64,000 nt of DNA from positions 21,824,001 through 21,888,000 of the forward strand of contig JBHGNT010000007.1 in the NCBI GenBank assembly GCA_043228905.1, read 5' to 3'. Below are positions 47,736 to 61,000 of this stretch, one piece after another. Position numbers and translations under genes: made by a program. Under the pieces are notes generated by a model, which was not told where the DNA came from, ran no database searches, and worked only from the letters and a program-made list of their open reading frames with translations. Numbering within the stretch: position 1 is the stretch's first letter; each line of letters begins with the position of its first letter. The stretch is from Azolla caroliniana (Eukaryota > Plantae > Polypodiophyta).

Positions 47736-49219
47736 CCCGGTGAGCATCTCTCCAAGGCCTCAGGCCCATCAAATGAAAGCCCGCCGCTTCTCATTTTCAC
47801 TTGACCGGCCCAGTGGGCGGTGGTGTTCACACCTCGCCCCGAGGCTTGCTCTGCATGGACCTATTGTGAAGTTTGTTCCTATTGTGAACAGTTACACCAT
47901 GAGGAGGAAGAAGAAATTACTGACAAGTCATATGATCATCATTTGTGTTTTGTTATGCCTAAATGTGCGAGTCAGATGTTCACGCCCATATATCACATTG
48001 GTGTGGAAGAACATGGCTTCTCTCTAAGGAGTCAGAATTGCTTCTCGTGTTCCTTGGAAGCTCATATTACTAATATCATCTATTTTCCATGCTTCGACTC
48101 GAATCTTTAGTAAGCACAACGTTGTTCGTCACATAAATTTAACATTCATCGGTCTCTAGTATCGCCCCCAATAACATGAATACCCAAATCAACTATGGAG
48201 AAACACATATAAATACTCTCCCATTTGCCTTCATGGTTACCCAATGAGGTCGATGCATTCTCTTTTAATCCTAAACTTTCCATTTTTCTTTTACCATTTT
48301 ACTTACACGAGCATGCACATCTAGTCCTTTTCAATTGTGCATACCACAAATAATTGTGTTCCGCACGTCCACGCCGTTCCTTTGAATACCCAGATGACTT
48401 GCGTTTCGACCGTCGTGACATTCATGTTAAAGGGTGATAGACTTCACATGTGGTTGTACTGTTTTTCTGTTTTGGCAATATCTCATATCATATGTGGCAA
48501 AACTCAATGTAAGGTAGGAAAACCAAAGGAATCTACCCTAGCTATGAGATGAAAAACACTAAAAAGGAGAGGGTATATATGCGCCCTTCAATTTCATGGC
48601 AGACATAACAAGCAATTCCATTATGAGCTTAGCAAAAAACGTGGCTTATCTTTATAAATATTTGTTACCTATTGCTTTCAATCTTTGTATTGCGGAATAA
48701 ATTAAATGTCAAAGTCAACATTGTAAAGCTATATTTGAGGAGGAGGAAACGATGGTGTGCTTGCGCTCAAACTAAATTTTTTATGCGTTCTATTATGAGA
48801 ATAATGTCAAATTTAGAACCTTATTAGAAAGCTCAAATTTTAATCACATGGCCTAGGAAATCAAGTAAATGCAAATACAATTTACTGCTTCATTGCAACA
48901 AGTCTTGTTATTTGCATTGGCAATTATTTGACTAAGGATCCTTTTACAAGGTGTCATGTTCATGTGTGTCTTAATCTACAATACACTAAAGGCGCCTTCT
49001 AGTACAATTTCAGGAATAGAGGCAAAGAGGGAGATCCGCACATTGTAGTGGGGTACAAAGGTAGTATCTATAAACCTTTATATCTGCCAAGTGTGAAAGG
49101 AACATAGTTATAATTTAGTTAAATCAGGGAAAAGTATGAAATTATGTTCTTCCTCATTTTTAACATTCTTAGTGCTAAAGTTGAAGCCTCTCTCTCTCTC
49201 TCTTTTATCGTAATTACCT

Positions 49220-49275
49220 TACCCTAGTGGTAAGTCGATAACACTACAAGCATTGTGTCTTGGGTTCGAAACCCA
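49220..49275 (+). mobile_element. tRNA-derived SINE-like head, degenerate
   Basis: A-box-like CTAGTGGTAAG and B-box GGTTCGAAACC about 35 nt apart; no acceptor stem. Confidence 0.5.
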
Positions 49276-49340
49276 ATTCTCTCACCTCTCTATAATATAA
49301 TTCATATATATCTCTATTTCACTAGATGCCACTGTGGAAT

Positions 49341-49403
49341 GTAGGGGTTGAACCCATGACCACCTAGTCTCCATTGGGCAACCTTACCAACTGAGCTACA
49401 TCC
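49341..49403 (-). mobile_element. tRNA-derived SINE-like head
   Basis: Minus strand GGATGTAGCTCAGTTGGTAAGG...GGGTTCAACCCC (A and B boxes); too short and no anticodon arm for a tRNA. Confidence 0.6.
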
Positions 49404-49410
49404 ATATGGG

Positions 49411-49454
<44 letters not shown>

Positions 49455-50339
49455 TTAATCATCTTCTTAATTATAAGTTAAAAGTGTGGTTATTATCTTC
49501 CCACACACCTATCTTGAGGACGTTCTTAAGAAGAACACTCATGTAAGCAATAACTTTTAGTAGGGATATCAAAAGAAGTCATATCTATGGTACCTAGAGC
49601 TCAAACTTAAGCCTCTATCTCCATCTGGTTGATCATGTTTCTATTTATAAGTTAACAGTTTAACTTACATACAAGACGCTCATATGTACCTTTCAAGGGT
49701 TTTACTTCAAAGCTTTGAATCAGACAACCACACTCACCCACTCACTGTTTTCATGTTGAACAATAATGTAGAGGATTGAAACATTCAATAGGAACCATCG
49801 TGTTGACTATAAGTTCATAACCCTTTACTTTCTTTCCTTGTGTGAATAATCGTTTCTATCATGTAGATATAACCATCATTGCGTGGAGCTTGTATAAACA
49901 ACTTATGCGGTGCGGACAAACATTGTCAACCATCATGTTAAGGTTTAAAAACCTCAAAATCATGTAGTGGCACTACCAACCATTGTAATTAGTTGTGGGT
50001 ATGGGAGGTAGGTTAGAAATGTAAGCGTAACATGTGTATTCGTGTGAAAACCCTTGTAAGAGAATTCTCAAAAGTCTCATGTATATATTCTTCATATCCT
50101 ATAAGGAAATATATATTTATAAATTAGTTTGTTAATGTATTTCCAATTGATTGCAACACTGCCTTGGTAGAAGTTATGTAAGCACCTTTTCTTGTATCCT
50201 CATGTATTTTGTATACATCTCTCTCTACTATAAAAAGTCCACTTATCGTTATGTGTTTACCTTCATAGGAGCAGACTCTTGGATTTCGGGCTTTACAAGA
50301 GAGGAAGAAGAAAGTCACCAAGATTATTGGAGGACCGAA

Positions 50340-50430
50340 TCAAATGGTCACCTATAATTTTGATAAAAACAACTTCTCAATATGGAAACACAAAATAACC
50401 CATTTTCTAAACGGAAAGGTTATTGGTAGA
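50340..50430 (+). pseudogene. Copia gag N-terminal relic
   Basis: Reads NFDKNNFSIWKHKITHFLNGK, similar to FDGSNFNFWK of Copia-2. Confidence 0.4.
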
Positions 50431-53192
50431 ACCCTAAACCTTAGTTTAATGTTTTGAGAGGTGTTGTTCTTTTTGGGTGGTTCTTTTAGTTATTATCTAG
50501 AATCTTTAATGATGAGCCAACCCTAAGAGCTCATCTTAGTCTTTGAGAAAAGAGATCCATTTTCTACTCTCCACTTTGTATCTCTCTATTCCATTACAAA
50601 ACCTCAACCACTTAATCATGTATTCATTTCGTATCATGTTTATTGACCACAATATAGTGTGAGTGTTTATAATGGTTGACAATGTGAATAGGTAAGTGTA
50701 TGCATATTGAGGATTTGATGTTCGCATGTGAGAGTGGAGCCATGATCTCATCGTCCCCCATTACAACCCACGAGAACATTAATGTATGATGATGGTGATA
50801 AAGTCGGCACTGATGTCACTAAGGTGATGATGAAGATGATGTCATGGTTGAGTGATGATGATAATGATGTGGATGTGGATGAAGTGACGATAAAAATGAG
50901 ACACCTAAGATAAAAAAAGAGACACTTTGCATTACAATTAAAAGATATAATGAGAATCCATGTTTTGATTATAATTTTATGAATTACAAGAATAGAGGTG
51001 GTTAAACCCCTTCGGTTTAAATTATAGAAAGGAACATGATCAAGAAGGAGAACCCCAAGTTTTATAGATAGCCTTGAATACCACTTATCAAATATATTTG
51101 CTTTAGCTATTATTCTCTTACAGCATCTTGGGCATTTTTTCACTTTGTTGTACTTCGAGTTACCTTTTCTTTATTATCAAGGATGGGAGTCTACGTCATT
51201 GTAGCTTGTCATTTCTTACTCATGGCTTCCTGAAAGTAACTACTGAAATATTTGGTTTAGACTTGCAAAATTTGATTTGACAATATTTTGCTTTAACCAA
51301 TTAAGCTAGATCTTCATGTGAAATACTATTTACCTTGGTTTTTTCTTCAGTTTGTCTATACTTTGAATTCCATGAGAAACTTATCATACTTTGTTTTTCT
51401 TCCTTCACCCAACGACAATAAAATGTCCATCCCACCAAACATACATGTCCTCTAATAAGGGCTAAATAGAGAAGATGGAACCATTTCCATATTTAGTCAT
51501 CAATTGTAAGCCCAAAAGGTTGACAACCAATGATGTTAGAAAGAGTTGCATAAGATCAAATGATCTATTTGAGTCTTCCTATGTGATAATGGTGTCCCTA
51601 CCCTAAATGTTTGGGGGCCATCTTAATAATAAGATATTGATCTCCATGAACACTAGGGAAGCCTTGATAGTGGTTTGTTCTTGGCCTTGTACTAATATGG
51701 CCAATAGTGGCGGTTGCCTAGTCTTCTACACCTTTTTATTACTTCATAATCATTTTCTGAATTTTGGTGGTTGAATGCATGACCTTCTAGTCTCTACAAA
51801 CGACCTTACTTAGCTTAGATGCATTGTGATGTGAGATGGGGCATTGGGGCACAAGTGATGAGAGTGGTTAACTATGCACACTTTGCCCTAAACAAGTTCG
51901 AGAGTCTGAGCATCACACTTTGATACAATGCTCTGCCGTTGATCATATTCGACTATGCTTTCCACACATCTTCGACTCAAAACCACAATGTGCACTCTCA
52001 ATTGCAACATTCATTGGTAAAGTTCTTGAACACCGAGAGTCGTTACTCACTTTCACGTGAAATGTAATTTTTGGTCTCATGCGTCATATTTGACCTCCAA
52101 AGTCAATAATATAATCTATCCATCTAACTGGTCTATTGATTTACAACATAGAATCAAAATTCATAACATTGAGGGAGCCCAACTTGAACCCCCCCCCAAT
52201 GGGTTCAACTCCATTTGCATAGACCAATTTACTCTCATGAGTAATAAAGTGTTTCTCTCCCATTGGCTACCTAGAGGACACTATTTTTATGTTTAACTTC
52301 TCTTATTGATCAACTTCGATATTTAAATAGAGCTAAGAAAGTGTCCCATAGCTAAGAAGCTTTTGTATGAAATAGCCAATATCTTTACACATTTACTTCT
52401 ATATCTAACCTCATTGTCTCATCTCCATCAACTATGTAATCTCTTCATAAATTAGCTTTCCCATCATGCTCCGTCCAGTTTGTCAAACATTTTATTGGTT
52501 TACTTCTAGTTACTAGCATATCTACAAGCATATACCAAAATTATGTCAAAAAGATAGTAGAATGTGAAACATTCGATAAGTTAATGATAATGATTTTGCT
52601 TTAACCTAACCATAATTTCATTATGACACTTGGAACACAGATTATTATGTGTAACTCATTGTATCTCTATTGCAACATTAGCTTTTCTTGTACGAATTGG
52701 TGTGGAGCTTTATTTAACACCATTTTTTGCTAGTTCCAAGGTTATTGCACCATGACTTGGTGCAAAAGAAACCAGAAACCAAAGTTAAGGATAGAATAAC
52801 GATCATAACATATTACCATAAAAGATAGTGTCATAGACAAGGCTTTCAAGACCATTATTTTTTTAACCGAAGAAGCTATCACCAATTGACTTGTGATACG
52901 AATTCAGCTTCACAACTACATGGTTTACATATCCAAATTCAAGCCTAACCTTTCTAGTGATCCGGAAATCATCATCATCTCTTAACAAGAACCTCACAAT
53001 CACATCCTCCTCGAGATATTCGAATCCAACTTTAACAGGAACCAAATCATCAAATTGTTTCTCACTCTCATCTCCCACTTGGAGCATCACATTCACATGA
53101 CCATGGTCTCCACTTTTGAGCCAGATTTTTATATGTGATATCTCATTACTACCTTGCAAAAGAAATACCACATTCACATAGTCAGTATTTCT

Positions 53193-53772
53193 CTACTTTT
53201 GAGCAGAATCTCCACAAGGTTTTTCATTACTACCTTCCACAAGACACACAACATTCACATGGTTGCTATCTCCACTTTTGAGCAAAATCTTTACATGTGG
53301 CACTTCACAAAGATAATCCAAATCATTCTCTTCTCTATTGTTGTCCACTTTTGCACCAATCTTACAGTAAACTTTATGCAATACCTCTTTTTCATCAACT
53401 TCTACTTCCTTGGTTCCTACACTATGCTCGGCATCTTTTGGAATTTTACTATCTTGTTTACATCTTATTGATATAGACTGCGCGTCCAGGTGCTGGGCAC
53501 TCAAATTTTCAACTATATTGCTGTGCTTTTCATTTCTCCCGGGACTTTTGATGCCGAGCTCTGGAAAATCAGATCTATATGCATTGAGAAATGCTAAGAA
53601 ACCATCACTTAACACATGTTTGGCTAGATTCTCATCTCGAGGGGAGTTATTTAAGATTTTGAGAGAATCGATGCACAAATCATCGTAGAGATCATAGAAT
53701 TTGTCATGGAATACTAGTCTGAACCACGGTTGAGAAAAGAAATCTCCAATATTGAAGTCACCTTTGACATGG
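53193..53772 (-). CDS. CFAP61: CFAP61, last exon (acceptor at 53772, alternative 53816)
   Basis: DFFSQPWFRLVFHDKFYDL resembles the CFAP61 C-terminal motif; CTCAG acceptor is phase-compatible with the AG/GTATGA donor at 54093. Confidence 0.75.
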
Positions 53773-54093
53773 CTGAGAAATGACCATAAGAATAATAAAA
53801 AATCCATCAGTGAGATCTACAATTAAAACCTCAATATAGTGATACATTCATTATGATGCAAAACTCTGTGTGTGTGTGTGTTTGTGTGCGTGCGTATGTG
53901 TCTGCACATATAGTGATACATTCATTATGATGCAAAACCTCAATATGAGGTAAAAATCTACAAAAAAAAAACTACAATGGGCTGACCAGCAAAAATGATT
54001 GCATGCAAATAACAGGGTATATACATATAAATAAGGGTGTCAATGCATTCTTCATATTAGAATGAATTCATATGAAAGGAAACGTTCTCATAC

Positions 54094-54644
54094 CTACAAA
54101 CCAGATTGTTTATCAAAGGTTCATATGCACCGACAATCCTGATCAACTTCCATGCTTCCAACTTGTCTTTTCCACAATATACTATCTTTCTGATTTGTCC
54201 ACCTTGCCTCACATCTATTCTAAATACACACTCTTGTTTCTTCAAAATGAATTGCTGGAGAGCATTGTCTTCGTAAAGATCAAGTGAAGGGCCTTTGAGG
54301 TGGAAATAGACCAAATTCTCTGGCAATAAGGTGCCCACTCCTTTCGCTCGGATTAGACGTGGTAATGAGTTCCTGCGAGATGCTCGTATGTGTGGTATCA
54401 TCTCAAATGGAAAGGGCACAAGCCCACCAGAAAGATTACGCTGATCAGGAAGATATTTTCCAAATAAGGATATAATCGCATCTGCCAAACACATTCCCAG
54501 TTCACAAGAATTATAGGATTCCATGTTCAGACCTTTCCTGCATTTACGACTAAACTTGGCAGCACTTCCACACGCTAAGATGAAGTGATCATTGGTTTGG
54601 AAGTTACCATCCACCACAATTCGACCATTGAAAATAATACCTGC
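54094..54644 (-). CDS. CFAP61: CFAP61 exon
   Basis: AGIIFNGRIVVDGNFQTNDHFILACGSAAKFSR (FAD/NAD-fold TND motif); TATCAG acceptor, phase 0. Confidence 0.88.
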
Positions 54645-54899
54645 CTGATACATATCTATGGAACTCTTTTAGAAAGTGCCATTACTACAAACACTTGTAA
54701 CCTTTCATAAAAGAATGAACTATTGAAGCTAAAAATGGTGGCCTTTCTAATAGCTTCATGTAAACAATGTGATTCTCAGGATCAGTAATCACCAAAAAGA
54801 TGGTAATTTCTGCAAGAGCCAATGCCATTGAATCACAATCCCACTAAGGCATTAAAGTTGACAGTATGTTTACTGATGATATATATTGTTCTATATACA

Positions 54900-55160
54900 T
54901 AAAGGATGCATATGATTGTATCCACTTTTTCAGCCATATTTTCATATGGATGCATATGATGCGATACAAATTTCAGCCATATTTACATAGAGATGAATAT
55001 GATTGTGTACAAATTTCAGCCATATACACATATGGGTGCATATAATTGTACACAGTTTCAGCCATATTTACATTGGGACACTTATAAGCATATATAGTTT
55101 TCATCCATGTTTACATAGGGATGCCTATGTTGGTATACAGTCTTCAACCATATTTTACGA
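54900..55160. repeat. ~43-bp degenerate tandem repeat x6 in a CFAP61 intron
   Basis: CAGCCATATT-like core at 54931, 54974, 55017, 55059, 55103, 55145. Confidence 0.8.
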
Positions 55161-55517
55161 CTGAGATGCAATTTACAAGACACTCTAAACTGTAACATTT
55201 CGAGTATGCTTAGTGTCTACCATATCTTCAGTTTCAATCTTCACAATGAAAAGAGATCCATGGTCAATAACGAAAGTTAACATGCAGATGAAATAATTGT
55301 GAAAGTGTGGACTATTAGAGTTTACTAAGATTGAGGTTGGGAACCAATATATGAAAGTAATATTTGACTTTACTAACTCTATTACAAAAAAAACGCATGG
55401 AGGCTTAAATGTAGGAATTGACCCAAGCTAAATTTCACTTGAAGCACTCATTCTTCCTAGTTCAGATGAGATTATTAGTAATGTTTTCAGACTTGAGTCA
55501 AGGGTCAAAAGTTTCAC

Positions 55518-56908
55518 CTTTCTAATAGCCCGTAAGATGTCTTCGTCCACATGCTTTGTTGTACATGTTACAAGAAGCATGCATGGCTGGAAAATATACT
55601 TTCCTTTACAATCAGTTTCAGAATCAGCATGACCTTCCTTCAAACTGTAAGTTGTGTCCTGATTTTGCAAACCTTCTACTGGATCATGTTTCTGTGTATC
55701 TTCTAAGAGTATGCTTTCCAAAATACCCTTTTCTTCGCCACAGTTAACATTAACTAGTCTCAACCCAGATCTTATTGTAATGCCTGTCTGAATCAGCCCA
55801 GCCACCACCATTGAAGATACATTTTTATCCCCAAAGCACCGTTCTGCGAATGATGCTAAAGGCTCAATTTCAGGGTAAACTAGAACCAACCGATGCCCCG
55901 GTATACCTTTTGACATAAGAATCTGAAGAGCAGAGAACGTCTCCAAAGATAAACCATAAATAATTATAGGCGATCCTGTCTCTGTAGCATTTACATGTAT
56001 CCTGTTCTTTTCTATCATCATGGACAGCTCATCCATCCGAACAACCCCTGTATCCCTGTCTATCTTAAGCTTAGATCTCATTTGATCCTGTAATCCTGTG
56101 GTGAGTACCAAGTAATCGTATCTCATGTGTTTCCCATTTGACAAATGGATGCTTTTGGATTTTCTATCAAAGCCTAGTACTGTATCCGCAATGACGTTCA
56201 CGAGATAATCAATCCCCAACTTGTGAAAAGAGTTTGGAGGACCATGCTCTACATCAATAAGCATTTTCTCATTACTAGAAAGACTCTGTGTACCAAAAGG
56301 CGACACTAATGTGAGATTAGTGAACTTGAAGTTGGCACAAGATAAAAGTTTATCGAGACAAAACGCAGCTGTCCGAGATGCCCCAACAAAGACAATACGG
56401 GAGTTTATAATCACTCTATACCTGCTTATAAGCCTATGCGTCATTGTGAATAAAGCACAATTGAATCCAATGTATTGTCCAAACTTTGAAGGTGATCCAG
56501 AATCTGTAGTTTCTTGTGTTTTCCCACATTGACTTATGAGTTGTTTAGATGGAGGGGTTGTAAGTTGCCACCACATGCATGAGGATGACATGGATGGATG
56601 CCATCGACCAGGAACAAAAAGCATGTCTCTGATTAGATTAGTCAAATTATGAGATGAAAAAATTGGCATGAAAATTACGGTTTTCCCCATTTGACGCATG
56701 ATCTCCCTGAGAAACACCCGTCGGTGACTCCAAAAAAGAGGACTCAATTCAAAGAGTGTCATTACAGCATGTGTTCCTTCATTCTGTCTGTTTACGTTCA
56801 CAAAACGCCGAAGGTCAAAGTGGCTAAATAATGCTTCGGTTGGACATTCCCTCTCCACAAAGGCCAAACCCACTGGTTGCCTTTGGGAAACTGCCACAAA
56901 TACACTGC
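55518..56908 (-). CDS. CFAP61: CFAP61 large exon (oxidoreductase-like domain)
   Basis: INSRIVFVGAS...KFTNLTLVSP, YDYLVLTTGLQ, IIIYG; ATGCAG acceptor and AAG/GTGAAA donor. Confidence 0.92.
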
Positions 56909-57004
56909 CTGCATAGTACTACAAGGTTGAATAAATGAAATCTGTTAAAAAACATGCACAATTAACACCAAAACATGACGTAAAGCTTAGATTTAAAAAC
57001 TCAC

Positions 57005-57119
57005 ATCCATCCCTTAGCTGTTCCAAATGATCAAGAATGCTCCTACGATCTTCAAGACTGTCAACAAGATCCCTTATTATTTGCATGTCCTCAGATTTTG
57101 CTAATTGCACTTGAAATTC
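57005..57119 (-). CDS. CFAP61: CFAP61 exon
   Basis: EFQVQLAKSEDMQII...; TTACAG acceptor, T/GTGAGT donor, phase matches next exon. Confidence 0.8.
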
Positions 57120-57890
57120 CTGTAACCATAACAAATCTACCACATTTAACTACAATGCTTCCACTTCTCCAAATGAAAACATCCAGCCAAAAGCCAGTGA
57201 ACTCTAAAATCATCTAAGTTGAAATTAAACCCCTAAGCTCCAAAAGCCATCTAGAATAATCCTAAAATAGTCTCAAAACTAGGATTAAACGTCACCAAAG
57301 GAAGAGAAATGCACACGTAATTATTTTTTACAGAAAGAAATCAAGGGAGGACAGTTTGTGATACAGTCCTTGAACTATATGTCTAGCATTTGAGACCTTC
57401 AACAGTGTCCCAACAGTAGATGCATGTCCATATGCACACATCGAGTGTTGAGAACTAATAATATTCTTGAAAGACAAAAACATTGAACTAAGTTACGAAG
57501 TCTTCAAATTGGATCTACATATACTCTTTGTTTAGGTATTCTACTATATAGAATTTAGAAAAAAGTTATACATATGAACATCGTAGTACCTTTAGACAAA
57601 ATTGATAATTAGATGTTTTATATGATGAGTTTTCATAATAATGCAAGTTAATGCTATGTCTAGTTTAATAATTAAACGATTGATTGAAGTCTAGTGTGTG
57701 ACTTTCTAAGAAGTCTTACAGAGAAAAACAAAGACTCTTACATGCTACGTCTGGTCAAGTAACTAAATGGTTAATTAAAATTTTAATTAATGGTTTTGCA
57801 AGAACCTCAAGAAGAGCCAAAATTATAAAAGATGTCTTTTAAATCAATATAATTTTGCCAGAAAGTTAAGAAGAAAACAAAGATTATTAC

Positions 57891-58040
57891 ATGAGTTAAA
57901 GAGTGTTGATGGAGAATATGAACTGACATATTATGTTCAGTGACCCCTTCCTTCTTTGGAACACAACTGAAGTATTGAAGAGAATATGGTGCAGTAACAT
58001 TGTATGGCACTTCAATTATGCAATAATCCTTCCCTTCATA
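57891..58040 (-). CDS. CFAP61: CFAP61 exon
   Basis: YEGKDYCIIEVP...LQYFSCVP...VHILHQHSL; phase 0 both sides; acceptor position less sure. Confidence 0.72.
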
Positions 58041-58114
58041 CTTCATCAATTGTTTCAACAGATTTAGAAATCTATCATTGGAAATATAGACGATAAGTTG
58101 AAAAAAATACTTAC

Positions 58115-58227
58115 AGCAAATGCAGCAATAAGAAAATCCATCGCTCTATTTTGAACCTCCTCTTGTAAACAAAACATTGTAATTTGGAATGCATTTATGC
58201 ATGCATTTTGATCATTTTTTCTCTTCC
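58115..58227 (-). CDS. CFAP61: CFAP61 exon
   Basis: NAFQITMFCLQEEVQNRAMDFLIAAF; TTGTAG acceptor, GCT/GTAAGT donor. Confidence 0.85.
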
Positions 58228-58989
58228 CTACAAATCCATATTTAGGTTTTGATCAACATAGAGCATCTCTCCTTTAAAAAAGCTAGAAATAATCAACGAG
58301 AATTAGAAGAAGCGAAAAGGAAAGCTCATACACTGGATGTACAAGTTGTAAGGTGGGCTGAAAAAGAAAGCCAATGAAGTGTTGAGAATCGTGGAAAAAG
58401 GACAGGCATAGAATATCCGAATTCCTTCGGTGTGAAGGGTAGGTATAGACTAGTCTAGACCTAAGGCTTCAATCATCTGATTCATGGATACAAACAAAAC
58501 AAATCTTATCCAAGAGAAGGGCACTCAAGAGAGAAGATATTTCTAGATAAAAATTTCACGTCAGCTAAAGTAGCGCACCACAAAGAAAACATGCCATAAG
58601 TGCTTGCTGCAAGAAAGGATGGATAATAGGCAGACTACAGGGATCGCAGGGTCATTATTACAGACAAGAGTGCCGAATGACAGTGTATGGTCTATGATGC
58701 CTTATACATGACTCTACGGAATTGTCAAGGCTCTCTAAAGACAAATTCAAGGTATTTTAAAGATCCCTTCAAGAACACAGATATTGATTAAATGGTATCA
58801 GAGCACATATTGATGGTATCAGACGACACTTAAACCCTAAACCATTTAATCAAAAACCCTAAACCCTGCTCTCAAAGACAAGACAACACTTAAGATGTAG
58901 TCTCTTGTTTGGTCTTATAGGCCATTTTGGCCTTTTAAAAGACGGTAATACATCTTTCTTTCTTTCTCTATCTATCTAAAAGACACATG

Positions 58990-59780
58990 ATAAGGAGCAA
59001 AGATCAGTGCCCCATGATATAATCCGGGCAGAGATGGGATCAGAGCAGCACCTGTAATCACTGAGACATTGTTCCGATCAGTGACATGTATCCAACGTCT
59101 TTGGGAGCCCTTAAACAACAGTACCAAGTTGGCACTTATGTCATCAAGACAACTGGCTGAAAATGGAGACATTCATTGTTGGTATGCTGAAATGCAACAA
59201 TGGTTCGAGTCACATGGCATACATATAAATGCACTACCCTTGTTCCAATATAGCTTTGACTCTCCCCATCTAAATATGACCAAAGTGGAAAAGAATAGAG
59301 TGATCCGAACTGATATTATTAACTTGGAAAACAAGATAACATGGATCAGCCCCAAAATATCACTTGGTATGAAGATGGCCCACTACAAGACACTTTTTAC
59401 ACACATCAAAGGATGGATTCATCATCAGGCCACTTTATATGGACATACATCTATCCTATGCGCTGTGCAATGAGATAAGGGAGTTGCGAACTTCATCACA
59501 TTAGCTAGAGATTGAGGTAGGCAGATATGCAAAAATACCTGAAGAAGAAAGAATTTGTCAACTGTGTCATCAAGGAATGGAATCCGAAGAACACTATGTT
59601 TGTCACTGTAGTGTCGTTTATGAAATAAGAGGAAAATACCATTCATTGTCTCTTTAAACAGGGCTTTGGCCCACTACGAAAGGAAAGGAATATGAGGACC
59701 AACAGTGCCTAGGACTTTTCTTGTTAGAACTCAAGAGACACAAGGAAAAATTGTTAAAAGAAAACAATACATCACCCATT
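58990..59780 (+). mobile_element. 5'-truncated non-L1 LINE 3' fragment in CFAP61 intron
   Basis: Frameshifted LRTSSH.LEIEVGRYAKIPEE.RICQLC..GMESEEHYVCHC..YEIRGKY zinc-binding C-terminus. Confidence 0.6.
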
Positions 59781-60469
59781 TAAGAATGTGATGGATCCAT
59801 GATGAATACATTCAGAATTGGCCCATTGTCACCGCACCAAACTTGGACCACAAGCCCTTATACTTGCATATTGCAAACAAAAAATCGCAAAATGACCATA
59901 GCATTATAGTGCAAAAGGAAAAGATGTAGTTTAAGAGACCTTGTTATCAAAAAGTTGATCTATATGCAAATGAGGTTGAGAGTTACGTCATGAACCACTC
60001 CTTAGTAGTAAAGGTTAAAAACAAATTGGGAGCAATTGAAGGATTTTCATTCTCAAGGTAAGGTAACAATATTTCAATGCACATGTAGGTGGACATCGAA
60101 TGATTAGTTTCCATGTAATGTTTGGTTTGAAGAAGACTCCCATGCTCATCTCAAAATATTCAAGCGTACAAAAGATAAAAATGAAAAAGCTCTAACATTG
60201 TATCGCTAACAAAGACTGGTGAGGAGAAAAAAGAGCCAATAGTATCAAATGCTAGAAAGAAATATAACACAAATGTTTAAACTCCAAACAAAGTTAGCAT
60301 GGAGAGAACTCAAGGGGGAAAAGGAGATATAATGGGTGAATTCACCGATGAAGAGATGGTACAGTATGTACATAAACATTATATGCATGATGTGGTATGC
60401 CTATGACATTGAGTATCAAAACATCATATAATGCATGTGTGTCTATCAAAAATGTTCTTTGAGGGCCAA

Positions 60470-61000
60470 AAAGATGTCTAATGGCAAAGTGGCAGATGCA
60501 ACTCTAATTTGGGCCAAAGCCTTGTTTCAGATGTAGTGGTATATCTTCCTCTTATTTGATAAAAAGCAGCACAATGGCAGTCATAGTGTTCTTCCAATTC
60601 CATCCCCTAATTGAACAAATGGCAAGTCTACTTTTTCATAGATTTGCGTGCATTTAGCATATTTCAATTTCTAACCAATGTGAAGAGGAATTCAGCTGCG
60701 TACAATACCGAATGCATGAGATAGATGAGAGGAAGTATGCCACCCTCTACGTAGACTAAACCGCCATTTGACAAATGATGGAGAAGGCTCACCCACAACA
60801 CTTTTGCCAAATTTTTCTCAAGCTTCAAAAGTATAGGGAATCAGCCCTTACACTACTATGCAGGATGCAACAGCAATCACAAAATATTCATTTCTTCAAC
60901 AACTCCACTCTGCCACTTGGCACTGACACTATGCCAAGTAGTTATGCCAACAACAACGTAGATAGTGAGTATTAGGATATAAGGCACATGGGCCATACTA
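60470..61000 (-). mobile_element. Second copy of the same LINE family, inverted
   Basis: Reverse complement of 60505-60700 aligns with 59485-59675 (GAAGAACACTATG...AAATAAGAGGAA...GGCTTTGGCCCA). Confidence 0.6.

Noticed and set aside
47365-48027. 220-aa Ser-rich ORF, and GTCTC repeats as auxin response elements
   Set aside because: The ORF is a product of the heptamer repeat; cores are GGTCTC/AGTCTC, not TGTCTC
49220-49403. Functional tRNA genes
   Set aside because: A and B boxes are present but no full cloverleaf can be formed
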